This document shows, one piece after another, positions 39,498 through 48,719 of a stretch of DNA of 64,000 nucleotides. The stretch is from positions 64,001-128,000 of the forward strand of contig JBFOMH010000004.1 in the NCBI GenBank assembly GCA_040830765.1, in the 5' to 3' direction. The position numbers and the translations under genes were made by a program. The DNA comes from Puniceicoccaceae bacterium (lineage in GTDB: Bacteria > Verrucomicrobiota > Verrucomicrobiia > Opitutales > Oceanipulchritudinaceae). Within the stretch, counting starts at the first letter, position 1. The number at the start of each line of letters is the position of its first letter. The notes under the pieces were generated by a model. That model made no database searches, was not told the origin of the DNA, and saw only the letters and a list, made by a program, of their open reading frames with translations.

Positions 39498-40084
39498 GAA
39501 TCAGATTGTTCAGCGCTTTCCGGCAGCGGCCGGTCCTTGATTTTGCGGGCGGGATTGCCGCCGAGGATTGTCAAAGCCGGGAATGATTTCAGGACCACAG
39601 AGCGCGCCCCGACGATGCTGAAATCCCCAATCTCAACACCCGGCCCGACAAAGGCATCGGCACAGACCCAAATGCCCTGCCCGAGCCGGATTTCCGGTTT
39701 CAAAAGAGGTAGATTAACTTGCGTGTAGTCATGTGTCCCGGCACAGAAGTGCGCCCCGTAGGAAATCATGGTCCCATCCCCGATGATGATTTTTCCCAGC
39801 GAGTACAATTGCACCCGCGGTCCAATAGTGACTTCATCCCCGATTTCCAAATTCCACGGAAAGAAGATGTCCACATCCGGGTAAATGCGGACAGCCTGCC
39901 CGATTTTCGCCCCGAAAGAGCGCAGTAACGCATTCCTGAATCCGTAGAAGAAGCGTGGAACGAGACGCAAAATCGGCCGTATGGCCATCCATAGGATCCG
40001 CTTCCCATACTCCGCGGAGTCATAGTTCTCATTGGCACGGTGGAGCTGAGTACTGAAAATATCTTCTCGATTCATTTTCTGCAT
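39494..40084 (-). CDS. wcaF: WcaF-like polysaccharide O-acetyltransferase
   Basis: LLRSFGAKIG, FPWNLEIGD, CAGTHDY, WVCADAFVGPGV, GNPAR. Confidence 0.85.
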   Translation of the reverse strand: MQKMNREDIFSTQLHRANENYDSAEYGKRILWMAIRPILRLVPRFFYGFRNALLRSFGAKIGQAVRIYPDVDIFFPWNLEIGDEVTIGPRVQLYSLGKIIIGDGTMISYGAHFCAGTHDYTQVNLPLLKPEIRLGQGIWVCADAFVGPGVEIGDFSIVGARSVVLKSFPALTILGGNPARKIKDRPLPESAEQSDS

Positions 40085-40090
40085 GTCCGG

Positions 40091-41527
40091 TCAATTTTCT
40101 CCGCGCGATTTATGGATTACAATGCCCATTACGACAAGCGCAACCGAGGGCAACAAGGATGTCGTAAAAAACTGAAGGCTACGCATTAACAGCAAAATAG
40201 CATAAAAACCACTGGCAAAGACAATCAACGGAAACGGAGTTGTGATGTACTTCGCCAAATGGTTCCAATAGCAGCAAAACATGCCGATCAGTAGCCCAAT
40301 GGCAATAATCCATGGTCTTCCACCTGCAATATAAGCCTCTCCCACCCATGCGACTGCCACTGTGTAGCCTTGTGCACCAACAACGTCTTCGATAGAAACG
40401 GCAAGGTCAGTCGGTTTGCCGGGCCAGAAAGCCCTCGGAATTGGTTTTGTCAGAGCTACAAAAACGAAGTTGAACCCAAGGTAATCATAGTATTGCGGAA
40501 ACGCAGCCGACATTTGAGCAACTCTCCACAAGTTGTAATCTACAAAATATCCGTATTCACCAGAATTCAAATTATCACCCTGATATTGATCTTCAATCTC
40601 GGCAAATGCAGCCGTATGCCGACCTTCCTCTATATACCTTCCCAGCCCCATGTTTCGAAACTCGAGCATCATCCCAGCCAAGTATACAAAACCAATTCCA
40701 ACTAATAATACCGTAGGAATTATAAGCTTAAGTTTTAGTTGCTTCTGAACGATAAAGAAACCGGCAAAAAAGCCAGCAACTTGAATGGCCAGTACATTGC
40801 GCGTTCCGCTGGAAAAGGCCGAATACCACAAAACGACCACGAAAAAAAGAACCACTGCCACCGCGAACTTCGAGTAAAGCTTGCGCCTTGCCAAGATTAC
40901 CCCTGCGACAGGAGGCATGACATAGCCCATGAGCTGCAACTCAAATAAGAGGGCGGATAGGTCTCCATATCTCCCCCTACCCCAGGCCCTTCCGAAGCGC
41001 CACTTGAGAGTTTCCTCAAACCAGGCAATCGGATTGAATTCTACGGCGAGTAACATGGGTAGAAAGTTCAAAAATGTTGCCCCGAAGAAAATAATTAGGA
41101 AATCCCGGGGGCGCATTTCGATCTTGCCAATATGGTCAAGCGTTCCTTTCGGGAATATATCAATGTGCCGTCCTATTACGATTGTCGCCACCCCCATCAG
41201 CGTCAGGTGAATGGCTGTGACCAGGTCGTCGGGGATGACCAACGTATCGAACAGACTTTGCTCAAATAGGAATTCGAAGTAGAGAAGGAAATGGAAGGAA
41301 AGGAGGGCAAAAATATCGACGCGGATCAAATTTCTCAATCCGGCCCGGGCATCGAGCAAAAAGCTGATAGCAAACCCAATCAGCAAAACAACACTGACCC
41401 ATCGGGCCACTTGGGAGGGCATGGCATCACGGAAACTTATGATGGTTCCTAAGACACAACAGACAAGAATGGCAGCTGTGCCGATAGGAGAAGGTCCAAG
41501 TCGATGCCGTCCTTGCATTGGTTTCAA
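40091..41527 (-). CDS. wzy: Wzy-like oligosaccharide repeat-unit polymerase
   Basis: About 11 TMs with SGTR, PIPRAFWPGKP and VGEAYIAGG motifs typical of Wzy; located among GT genes. Confidence 0.7.
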   Translation of the reverse strand: MKPMQGRHRLGPSPIGTAAILVCCVLGTIISFRDAMPSQVARWVSVVLLIGFAISFLLDARAGLRNLIRVDIFALLSFHFLLYFEFLFEQSLFDTLVIPDDLVTAIHLTLMGVATIVIGRHIDIFPKGTLDHIGKIEMRPRDFLIIFFGATFLNFLPMLLAVEFNPIAWFEETLKWRFGRAWGRGRYGDLSALLFELQLMGYVMPPVAGVILARRKLYSKFAVAVVLFFVVVLWYSAFSSGTRNVLAIQVAGFFAGFFIVQKQLKLKLIIPTVLLVGIGFVYLAGMMLEFRNMGLGRYIEEGRHTAAFAEIEDQYQGDNLNSGEYGYFVDYNLWRVAQMSAAFPQYYDYLGFNFVFVALTKPIPRAFWPGKPTDLAVSIEDVVGAQGYTVAVAWVGEAYIAGGRPWIIAIGLLIGMFCCYWNHLAKYITTPFPLIVFASGFYAILLLMRSLQFFTTSLLPSVALVVMGIVIHKSRGEN

Positions 41528-42657
41528 TCCTGTTCAACCGGATTGTCGGGCTCAAGCAATTGCTCAGCACATTTATCCCAAGGAAAACGGTCCGCTACAA
41601 GAATTCGATTGTTTTCTATCGAGCCCACAGCCTCCGCAATCCCTTCCACATCACCAAAGGTCACCACGCTCCCCGTCTGCCCCTCGCGGATCAGGTCCTT
41701 GGCCCCGACCCGGTCGCTGACAATACAGGGCACGCCGACCTGCAGGGCCTGGACGACAACCAGGCCAAAAGCCTCCTCGGCAGAGGGAAGGACAAGGACA
41801 TCCATGTCTTGCAGCGCACGGGCAAATTCCGCCTGGGACAAGGAGCCCCGCTGGACAACCTTGGCCCCACCCTTGTAGGCCTCAAAATCCGGCTGGGTCT
41901 CGGCAAACTCCATGCCGAAGCAATGGAGCTCCCAGCCGGTGGAATCGGTATGTTCGAGGGCTTTAAGGAGGTAATGGATCCCCTTGCGAAGGCTTTGGCG
42001 CCCGGCAAAGGCGACTTTGAATGGGCCCTCGGGTAAAGTGGTCCGCTTCTGGAACAGTTCCTGATCGGCCCCGTAGGGAACGACCCAGATTTTTTCCTGT
42101 GAAACCCCTTCCTGCATCAGTTGGTCCCTAACCACCGTGGAGGCTACACAATGATAATCAGCAAGGTCCCATTCCTCCTGCAGCCGCTCCTCGTACCAGT
42201 CGGGCAGCGGCATGGCCTCGTCGAGGCTCCGGCCCATCCGCTCATACTCGGGAGCAACGAGGGCCCGCCATTGCTTCATCGGCCCGGAAGCGTGGTTCAA
42301 AACTGTCGTCATACCGATGCGGCGGGCTGCCTTGAAAGTCTCCAGGCACTGGCCGGGCAGACCATGGATGCAGCCCTCTCCCTGGAGGATGTTTGCCACG
42401 GCAGCATCAAATCCCTTGTCCTGCCAGCGAAACATCCTTGCGTCATCCGGTCGCAGCTGTTCGGGACAGCGCTGCAGGCCATAGGTGATCAGCGTCCGCC
42501 AGGATCGACTGACCATCGGGAACCCGGCCGGTGGATTCAAGCGCCAGCGCGGATATCCGCTGTAATAGCAGCCCAGAGCCCCCTTGTCCTGCAGGGCAAG
42601 TGCCATGTCATAGACATGACAGGGATTCGTGGCCGCAAACGAATGCTTCATTACCAC
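41524..42657 (-). CDS. Glycosyltransferase, GT4 family
   Basis: VVPYGAD, FAGRQSLRKG, LPSAEEAFGLVVVQAL..GVP. Confidence 0.88.
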   Translation of the reverse strand: MVMKHSFAATNPCHVYDMALALQDKGALGCYYSGYPRWRLNPPAGFPMVSRSWRTLITYGLQRCPEQLRPDDARMFRWQDKGFDAAVANILQGEGCIHGLPGQCLETFKAARRIGMTTVLNHASGPMKQWRALVAPEYERMGRSLDEAMPLPDWYEERLQEEWDLADYHCVASTVVRDQLMQEGVSQEKIWVVPYGADQELFQKRTTLPEGPFKVAFAGRQSLRKGIHYLLKALEHTDSTGWELHCFGMEFAETQPDFEAYKGGAKVVQRGSLSQAEFARALQDMDVLVLPSAEEAFGLVVVQALQVGVPCIVSDRVGAKDLIREGQTGSVVTFGDVEGIAEAVGSIENNRILVADRFPWDKCAEQLLEPDNPVEQD

Positions 42658-42669
42658 CAGTCAATATCC

Positions 42670-43851
42670 CTAAAGCTTGTCATCCCGCAAGCCCCATTCC
42701 TCGAAGGAATCGAGTACGAGATTTTTGACGGCCTTGTGTCCTTCCTCCGTAAAATGGCCCTCATTGGGATGAAACAAGCTATTGCCATCCATAGGACTGT
42801 CACTTTCAGGACCAAATTCCCACGCTACGTCCAAACAGGCTAGGTCCCTGTCCTGACACATTTTCATCAACTGTTCTCCTACAAATGCCTGGAACCGTCC
42901 GGAATAGGAGTCGGGATCGGAGACCAGTGATTGCCCGGGCAGGAGGATAACCGATAAGCCGGTGCCACGACTGGCTGCCTCTGCCTGAATTGCTTCAACC
43001 AAAGCCTCCATCAGCTGGATGCGATCTGTCAGGCGACGTTTGAGGATCTCGTCCGTAACGGATTTATCGACATCCGCCCGGCTTTGAAAAATTCGGGAAA
43101 ATAGATGCCGCTCCTTTAATTTGCCTAGCCACCCATTCCGGTGTTCAACCAACTCATCCCCAAATGTCTCACTGGCCAGGGTTCTCTGGTACTCCTCCGG
43201 CTTCGGCTCCCTCGGGACGGGGCTGTTGCGTAACAAGAGGTCGCCATATTCCGTCAGCTCGAAGTAGGGCTTGGCCAGCTGGGTCTGCAGGGGATACGGG
43301 AGGGCGTTGTCGAGAAAGTCATTCCCGAGGTAGATGACGAGCAGGTAATGGTCGATCGCCAGCTGGCGACCGCGGTTGCGCATGAGGAGGTATTCCTGGT
43401 CGGTACTGTAGCCGGGAACGGCGAGGTTGAGCCAGTCGCGGTCGGGGTTCTCCTGCTGGAGCAGGTCGACAAAGGTCTGCCCGTCATCGACCCCGAACCC
43501 GAAGGTGAAGCTGTCCCCGAGAACACCGATCCGGGGCCGTTCCTTGGGCTGGGAGAGGTCCGGAAAGTCACCCCGGAAACCGTGTTCATTGATGGTGTAG
43601 GTGACCTCAAAATCGTGGTGCCCATGGGTCCCCTTCCAGCCTGGTGCGAGCTTCCATCCGAGGACGCGGTCATACTGGATGAGCCCGGGATCAAGCCGGT
43701 TGCTGTTGTTGATGCGATCCTGCCGCCAGCTGAGGAACAGCTCGGCCCCGACGAGACAAATCAGGAGTTCAACAAGGACAATGAGGGAAATGAAAAAGAC
43801 CTTTCTGCCTGTGCCGATTTTACCGCCCATACCTGCCGCCTGACTGTGCAC
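42670..43851 (-). CDS. Membrane-anchored SGNH/GDSL-family protein (acetyltransferase/esterase-like)
   Basis: N-terminal TM; INEHGFRG, VLGDSFTFG, NLAVPGY, GND, EGHFTEEGH. Start uncertain (43851 or 43830). Confidence 0.8.
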   Translation of the reverse strand: MHSQAAGMGGKIGTGRKVFFISLIVLVELLICLVGAELFLSWRQDRINNSNRLDPGLIQYDRVLGWKLAPGWKGTHGHHDFEVTYTINEHGFRGDFPDLSQPKERPRIGVLGDSFTFGFGVDDGQTFVDLLQQENPDRDWLNLAVPGYSTDQEYLLMRNRGRQLAIDHYLLVIYLGNDFLDNALPYPLQTQLAKPYFELTEYGDLLLRNSPVPREPKPEEYQRTLASETFGDELVEHRNGWLGKLKERHLFSRIFQSRADVDKSVTDEILKRRLTDRIQLMEALVEAIQAEAASRGTGLSVILLPGQSLVSDPDSYSGRFQAFVGEQLMKMCQDRDLACLDVAWEFGPESDSPMDGNSLFHPNEGHFTEEGHKAVKNLVLDSFEEWGLRDDKL

Positions 43852-43900
43852 AATCCGCTGGTGCTGTCCACCTGTATTGGGACCTCCCTGAACAGAAGAA

Positions 43901-43947
43901 TATGAGGAATTTCCATTGACCCATGCCCAAAAAATCCCTCATATAAT
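43901..43947 (+). promoter_or_regulatory. Candidate promoter/operator: 12-bp inverted repeat around TTGACC, with TATAAT at 43942
   Basis: TATGAGGAATTT (43901-12) / AAATCCCTCATA (43932-43), one mismatch. The -35/-10 spacing is 20 bp, longer than canonical. Confidence 0.35.
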
Positions 43948-43980
43948 GTAACGCAACTGTAACTCTCCTCGCCTACCCCG

Positions 43981-44187
43981 GTGATCACACTCTCCAAGAA
44001 AACATTTTGCCTGCTCCTGCTGGGCCTGTCCACGCTTGCTGTGGCCAGCCTCTGTAGTATTCTGCAACTACCTATGCATCAGGCAATTATGGCATTCATC
44101 ATCACATGGATTGGCCTGATCGCCATCTTTGAGGTGGCGGATTTCAGCAACGACAATTTTCCGCGGGACCCATCGAAGCAGCAGTGA
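43981..44187 (+). CDS. Small two-TM membrane protein (68 aa), function unknown
   Basis: Two hydrophobic segments; fills the gap between two minus-strand units; has a promoter-like sequence upstream and a terminator downstream. Confidence 0.55.
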   Translation: MITLSKKTFCLLLLGLSTLAVASLCSILQLPMHQAIMAFIITWIGLIAIFEVADFSNDNFPRDPSKQQ

Positions 44188-44232
44188 GGTTGATTTTGCG
44201 AGACCAGCAACCCACTTGAAGGGACCCGCACC

Positions 44233-44264
44233 CAAAGAAGGAGGCCGAAAGGCCTCCTTTTTTG
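44233..44264. terminator. Bidirectional intrinsic terminator
   Basis: AAGGAGGCC-GAAA-GGCCTCCTT followed by TTTT; TTCTTT tract on the minus strand. Confidence 0.88.
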
Positions 44265-44288
44265 ATCGGCAGGGGGAGAAGTGGGCAC

Positions 44289-47200
44289 CTAAAGGACGGG
44301 AGCAAGGTGCTCCTGGAACCACTCGAGGCTCCCCTCCCGGCTCCAGGCATCCAGCTGGGCGGGGTCCTTGAGCTGCTGACCGCGGAGGCGGGGGACCTCG
44401 ATGAAAGCGGCCTGCCCCTTCCCCTGGGAGGGAAGGTAAGCGGACATGTCTCCCCAGAGCCGTTCAAACTGGAGCACGGGAAAAATATCCTCCTGTCCCC
44501 TTCCCCACCGTTTCTTGGTTTCCTTGATGGTGATGTACGTCGGCATGCGGGTAGCCACCCGGCGCACGGCATCCTGCAATTCTGCATAGCGACAGCCATC
44601 GGGCAACAGGTCCGGATGCGAGAGGTCCTCACGGGAGTAGCCAAAGATGGCCAACAGGGCATCGACATCAATCCACGAGGTAGCGGTGTTATAGAAGGAG
44701 AGCCGGAATTCATCCTCCTCTTGGGGCAGGGCAAATCCCTCGACCAGGCGAACCTGGCCATCAACGCGGGCCAGTCCTCCCCCGACATCCTCGAACTTTC
44801 GTTGCATGACTTCAAAGGTCAGCGGGGACCCGCTCAGCAGGTGATGTCCCAGATAGACCGGGTCCAGGGAGGCTCCCAAAGTATCGATGTTGTGCAAGAG
44901 CAGTGTGGTCAGTGACGGATTGGCCAGAAGAAGGTTCTGGAGGGTCCCGTTGAGGAGCAGGTTCGGCACCTCATACCAGTGTCCGACCGGATGGAGGCAT
45001 TGCAGGGGAAGGTTGTCGCGGTAGTCGGCGGCCTCGCCGGTGTCCTCGGCCCAGCGCATCAAGGCCTTGCGGACGGAATCCCGCATTTTTTCGGCCTGCT
45101 CATCGAGTTTCTCCTGAGGCAGCTCATACCAGGCATAGCGCAAGTCGCGTAACGTCGGCACGAGGCGCAAGCCGACCGAGCGGCCCTCGGACAAATGCAG
45201 ATCGACCCCCTCGAGGGCCTGTGGGTTGCGCTTACGAAAAACCTCGAGCCAGTCGGAAATGGGTCCATGCGTCAGGTAGCCGGTGGTGACGACATGGGAA
45301 ACCGGTGCTCCAGTAACCTGGGCACTGAGCCGCGACTTGGCCAGGTGCGTTTCCAGAAAGCTCCGGAACACCCCCTTGAAGGGCGCGAACGGGTGGAGGG
45401 CCTTAACCACTCCGGCACCCTGGGTCCACCGGGAACCCGCCCCGGCGGCGAGGGTGACGACCGCACACTCACCCCGGGCCAACGCTTCCTGTCCGGCCTC
45501 GGCACAGGCTTCAGGATCAAATTTGAATTGCAGTTCGTCGCGGGAAACGTCCTCAAGGTTTGTCTTCGGATGTAACCGGTTCTGGCTCAGCCCGACCCTT
45601 CCAGCCCGAAGGTCCTCCCGGATTTGTTCGTGTTGCTGGGGATCAAAGCCGTGACGCTCCAGCAATTCGTTGAGCCCAACGGATTCCGTGGACGCATCTG
45701 CCTTCCGGGTTTCCTCCGGAACCAGACTGGCGAGGAACTCGCCTGCATGACGACCGGCAAGATTCCGGACCATGTGCATGTCATGGCGTTCCACGTTCGA
45801 CCGCTCGGACGGATGCTTCTGAAGAAGAACCGGGAGCTGGAAACGGAGGTATTCCTTGAGGAAGTGCGGAACCGCCGGGTCCTGCCCGGCACCCGCATCG
45901 GCCAGATGCCCCGTGGAACCATGCCGGTTGATCGAGAAGTCATAGATCACCGGGTCCATGGCAAACGGAAGGGCACGCTCGTACTCCTTCTTGAGGCGGA
46001 TAAGCACCTCGGCGATGATCGGCTTGACCCTCTCCCGTAATTCGGGGCGGACAATCAGGCCCATTCCACCACCGGACATCCCGCCCAGCATCCAGAAACC
46101 CCAGAAGCCCTCGCTTAAGGTGGCGGTTCCGACCGATTGACCGGCATCGCTTGATCCATCGACCTCGGCGATGGCGGTTGAAACCTCGGCAATCAGTCGC
46201 TCGGTGAAGGCGTTACTGGACCAGGGGATAATTTCCTTCAACGGGCCGAAAAAGTGCCTCGTGGTCAACTGGCCCATTGTCCGGATATCTCCCTCGTGCA
46301 GGGCATCGAGGATTCCCCGGGTAAACTGCAGGGAGCCCTGGCGGGATTCCCATTCGAGGGCGTTTCTCAGCAGGTAACGCTCCGTTACCATTTCAAGGAT
46401 CGGGCCGACATTGGCCGCCATTCCCCCATGGATAAGGATCAGGGATTCCTCCAGGGCATTGATGGAGGCCTCTGGAATATAGTCTCCGTCCAGCCGGGTA
46501 TGGCGCGGAATCAAGGCCCCTCGGGCAACTGCGTCATCTTTCACTTCAGGGGCCGTTGCGACTGCTTCGTCCGGGGATTCCTGGGAAAGCATCGCGGAAG
46601 CAATCTCACCGTTTATGAGGCAGCCTTCGATCAACTTGGCCCCCGGCCAGATGCCTCCCGAGTCCTGCCAGCCGCCCCCGGAGCCCCCAAGCCACTCGCC
46701 GAGGATAGCCCGCGAGGCGACTATCCGACGTTCCTCCTCGCTCATTCCTCCCGACAAGTCCTTGATCTGGCTGGTGGCCCGCATGCAGGTTGCGATGAGG
46801 CTTCCAAGCAGGTTGGTCGAAACCGCCAGCCGGCTCCCCTTGGGAATGTCCCTTACCCAGCTGACCAGCTCCAGCCCGCGGCCAGGACCCAATAGTCGGG
46901 CCAGCAAGCGGCTGAGTGGCGTCCGCGATCCTTCCATTCCCGGGGGAATAATCCCTGAGGCGATCAGCGCTGCCTTGAGGAGCCCGAGGTAGTCCCGGCC
47001 GAAATCAAAAAGGGTACCCAGGTCATCCACTTCAGCCACATTTTCGAGGTCAATACTGACCAGGCGGATAACCGGCCGGTCGATGACCCGTAAGGCACTC
47101 AGGCAGGGCGGTACGGGCCCCTGCGGGCTTCCCGTCATGGCCAGGTCAACAGATACATTGACCACCTTGGCGAACTCCGGCCGGTCCATACCAAGGAAGA

Positions 47201-47828
47201 AGATGTCCGACCAGGAGCTATGGGAAAGGTCCATCCGCACCGGTGTTTGCTCAATCAGCCAGGGAGCGTTACCATCCTGCCCATTGACCAATTCCTTGCG
47301 GACGCGCAGGGGAAAGTCATCCGGATGCCCAATGCGGAACATCCATTGGTTCCCGATTTCCTGGCGGACGGATTTCCTGACCTGGTTGGCAAGGCTTTGC
47401 AGGGCGAGGTCGTAATAGGCCGTGGCCAGGCCGCTCGACAGGGTCACATTGAGCCGGGCCTTGCGCCCATGCTGAAGAAGCGCATCGATGGCCTCCTCAA
47501 AGTTCCGGTTCTGCAGGGCCCGATGGGCGTTCAGCGGGATGGGACACGGCACCAATTCCTCGTCATCCACACCCGGCCGGCTCGCTTCATTCGCATCCAC
47601 ATGAGCGGGAAGGACGAACCGGTGCAGGTGATAGAGAATGACGAGTGTCCGCACCCGCAAATACAGGTTATCGGTCTCCCGCCAGAAAGACTCCATCGCG
47701 TCACAGTCTTCGAGAAGTTGCTCAAGGCTGCGGCCCTCGACCAGACTCTCAATGGACCGGTCAAACGTCGCCGCTTCGGTTCCACACAAGGTCTCGAGGA
47801 AAGGGGACATGGCTGTTCCAGTACTCAT
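44289..47828 (-). CDS. Fusion of a GHMP sugar-kinase-like domain and a UDPGP-family (UDP-sugar pyrophosphorylase) domain
   Basis: PVRMDL, IPKGSRLAVS, GGSGGGWQDSGG and GGMSGGG (GHMP/fucokinase-like); VTLAAGAGSRW..KAL, PVGHW, HNIDTL and QFERLWGD (UDPGP-like). Confidence 0.75.
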   Translation of the reverse strand: MSTGTAMSPFLETLCGTEAATFDRSIESLVEGRSLEQLLEDCDAMESFWRETDNLYLRVRTLVILYHLHRFVLPAHVDANEASRPGVDDEELVPCPIPLNAHRALQNRNFEEAIDALLQHGRKARLNVTLSSGLATAYYDLALQSLANQVRKSVRQEIGNQWMFRIGHPDDFPLRVRKELVNGQDGNAPWLIEQTPVRMDLSHSSWSDIFFLGMDRPEFAKVVNVSVDLAMTGSPQGPVPPCLSALRVIDRPVIRLVSIDLENVAEVDDLGTLFDFGRDYLGLLKAALIASGIIPPGMEGSRTPLSRLLARLLGPGRGLELVSWVRDIPKGSRLAVSTNLLGSLIATCMRATSQIKDLSGGMSEEERRIVASRAILGEWLGGSGGGWQDSGGIWPGAKLIEGCLINGEIASAMLSQESPDEAVATAPEVKDDAVARGALIPRHTRLDGDYIPEASINALEESLILIHGGMAANVGPILEMVTERYLLRNALEWESRQGSLQFTRGILDALHEGDIRTMGQLTTRHFFGPLKEIIPWSSNAFTERLIAEVSTAIAEVDGSSDAGQSVGTATLSEGFWGFWMLGGMSGGGMGLIVRPELRERVKPIIAEVLIRLKKEYERALPFAMDPVIYDFSINRHGSTGHLADAGAGQDPAVPHFLKEYLRFQLPVLLQKHPSERSNVERHDMHMVRNLAGRHAGEFLASLVPEETRKADASTESVGLNELLERHGFDPQQHEQIREDLRAGRVGLSQNRLHPKTNLEDVSRDELQFKFDPEACAEAGQEALARGECAVVTLAAGAGSRWTQGAGVVKALHPFAPFKGVFRSFLETHLAKSRLSAQVTGAPVSHVVTTGYLTHGPISDWLEVFRKRNPQALEGVDLHLSEGRSVGLRLVPTLRDLRYAWYELPQEKLDEQAEKMRDSVRKALMRWAEDTGEAADYRDNLPLQCLHPVGHWYEVPNLLLNGTLQNLLLANPSLTTLLLHNIDTLGASLDPVYLGHHLLSGSPLTFEVMQRKFEDVGGGLARVDGQVRLVEGFALPQEEDEFRLSFYNTATSWIDVDALLAIFGYSREDLSHPDLLPDGCRYAELQDAVRRVATRMPTYITIKETKKRWGRGQEDIFPVLQFERLWGDMSAYLPSQGKGQAAFIEVPRLRGQQLKDPAQLDAWSREGSLEWFQEHLAPVL

Positions 47829-47834
47829 GCGTTG

Positions 47835-48686
47835 CTACCGCTGGGCCGGTTCATTTCCCTGCTTGGAATCGGCGAGAACACGTATCAAGTCAGCCAGTAC
47901 CATTTCCCGGTTCGGCCCGGCCAGAGCCATCGCCAGCTCGGCATGGAGCAGGCCGTACTGGGCCTCAAGATCGAAGCGGTTGCCGTCAAGGAGGGCGGCG
48001 TGCAGGTGCCCCCGTTTGGCCAGGGCATTCAAGGCAGGACTCAGGCCGATGGAATCACTTTCGGCTGCGACGGCATCAAGCTGTTCGAAGATTTCCCGAT
48101 CAAGGACGTGGATGCCAAAGAACCCGAGGTAATACCCGGAGCGGTGTCCCGGTACCCGCATGTGCAACTCCGCTTCCGTCGGGGTTGGTTTTTCGCGCAC
48201 CTCCCTGACCTTGTATATTCCCGGTTGCTGGCCCACTGGTTCGCCGGTAACGACCCCAAACTGGGTTACCTGGCTCTCGTGCGTCGACTGGACAGCTGAA
48301 ATGGGCGACTGGAACCGATCGTGCAACTTAACCAGCTGGGCGACGCAGCTCAACTCGCTGTCATGGCTCAGGAAAAGATGGTCGCAGACCAACAGGACAA
48401 AGGTTTCATCACCAACAAACGCCCTTGCCCGGAGAACAGCATCCCCAAAACCGCGGGGATTATCCTGGGCAATCATGGTCAGCCGCTGCTGGCCCGAACG
48501 GACTGCCGATTTGTAGAGCTCTCCATCTCCCGGGGTATGGACAACGGCCACCTCAGTTATGCCCGCCGCCTCAAGGTCCTTCAGGTGAAGGGCCAACAAG
48601 GGGACAGCCTTTCCCTCGGTGTCGGACAGGGTCTGGACGGGCAGGTTCCGGTGCTGCGGACTGGCCGCAGTAATAACAGCTTTCAT
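47835..48686 (-). CDS. GalU-like sugar-phosphate nucleotidyltransferase with a degenerate signature loop
   Basis: MKAVITAA, QDNPRGFGDAVLRA, LVCDH, QFGVV, VREKPT. The GxGTR loop is replaced by SPQHR. Confidence 0.75.
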   Translation of the reverse strand: MKAVITAASPQHRNLPVQTLSDTEGKAVPLLALHLKDLEAAGITEVAVVHTPGDGELYKSAVRSGQQRLTMIAQDNPRGFGDAVLRARAFVGDETFVLLVCDHLFLSHDSELSCVAQLVKLHDRFQSPISAVQSTHESQVTQFGVVTGEPVGQQPGIYKVREVREKPTPTEAELHMRVPGHRSGYYLGFFGIHVLDREIFEQLDAVAAESDSIGLSPALNALAKRGHLHAALLDGNRFDLEAQYGLLHAELAMALAGPNREMVLADLIRVLADSKQGNEPAQR

Positions 48687-48719
48687 TGGGCATAACGCAT
48701 AACGCCCAGACTGAAGGGG

